Assembly: GCA_963707915.1 (NCBI GenBank)
Contig: OY970178.1
Location: 1,824,001 to 1,888,000, forward strand
Direction: 5' to 3'
Origin: Candidatus Eiseniibacteriota bacterium
GTDB lineage: Bacteria; Eisenbacteria; RBG-16-71-46
DNA length: 64,000 nucleotides
Numbering within the stretch: position 1 is the first letter of the stretch; every line of letters starts with the position of its first letter. Of this stretch, positions 63,899 through 64,000 are shown one piece after another. The position numbers and the translations under genes were made by a program. Below the pieces are notes generated by a model. It saw nothing but the letters and a program-made list of their open reading frames with translations. It had not been told where the DNA came from and ran no database searches.

Positions 63899-64000
63899 CT
63901 ACTTCGTCCGGCGGCGCACGATGAGCGCGTCGCTCAACTTGCGCTTCCGCGTCTTGAGACCCTTGGACTTCTTGCCCCACGGCGAGCACGGATGCCGCCC
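63899..64000 (-). CDS. rplB: 50S ribosomal protein L2, 3' end (truncated by window edge)
   Basis: [34 protein letters not shown]; position upstream of rpsS. Confidence 0.93.
   Translation of the reverse strand, partial: GRHPCSPWGKKSKGLKTRKRKLSDALIVRRRTK

Overview
Very GC-rich bacterial chromosomal segment. A secreted protein with a C-terminal FlgD-Ig/T9SS-like domain suggests an FCB-related lineage such as Ca. Eisenbacteria (inference only). Left to right: (1) a coiled-coil protein, ettA interrupted by a +1 frameshift, a secreted glycoside-hydrolase-like protein and ispG; (2) an anion-transporter gene downstream of a fused YkuD (ElsL-like L,D-peptidase)-MurC/Mpl-like ligase gene; (3) a signalling block: multi-sensor kinase, NtrC-type activator, a sigma-54 promoter with tandem enhancer-like palindromes upstream of two degenerate receiver proteins and a Zn-ribbon protein, and a hybrid kinase; (4) a KGG stress protein, a class A PBP and a methyltransferase; (5) a membrane-bound [NiFe]-hydrogenase with O2-tolerance (group 1d) signatures, its maturation genes split over two convergent operons that end in C39-like peptidase, PGAM5-like phosphatase and ATL genes; (6) a probable PPi-type PFK, ggt, a divergent TetR / hemerythrin-PAS pair, further hybrid kinases and regulators, tRNA-Asn, typA and a GHL10 hydrolase; (7) the minus-strand S10-spc-alpha ribosomal protein cluster from rplQ to the 3' end of rplB. 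No CRISPR array, transposase, integrase or phage gene was recognised. All calls come from reading motifs by eye; no searches were run.
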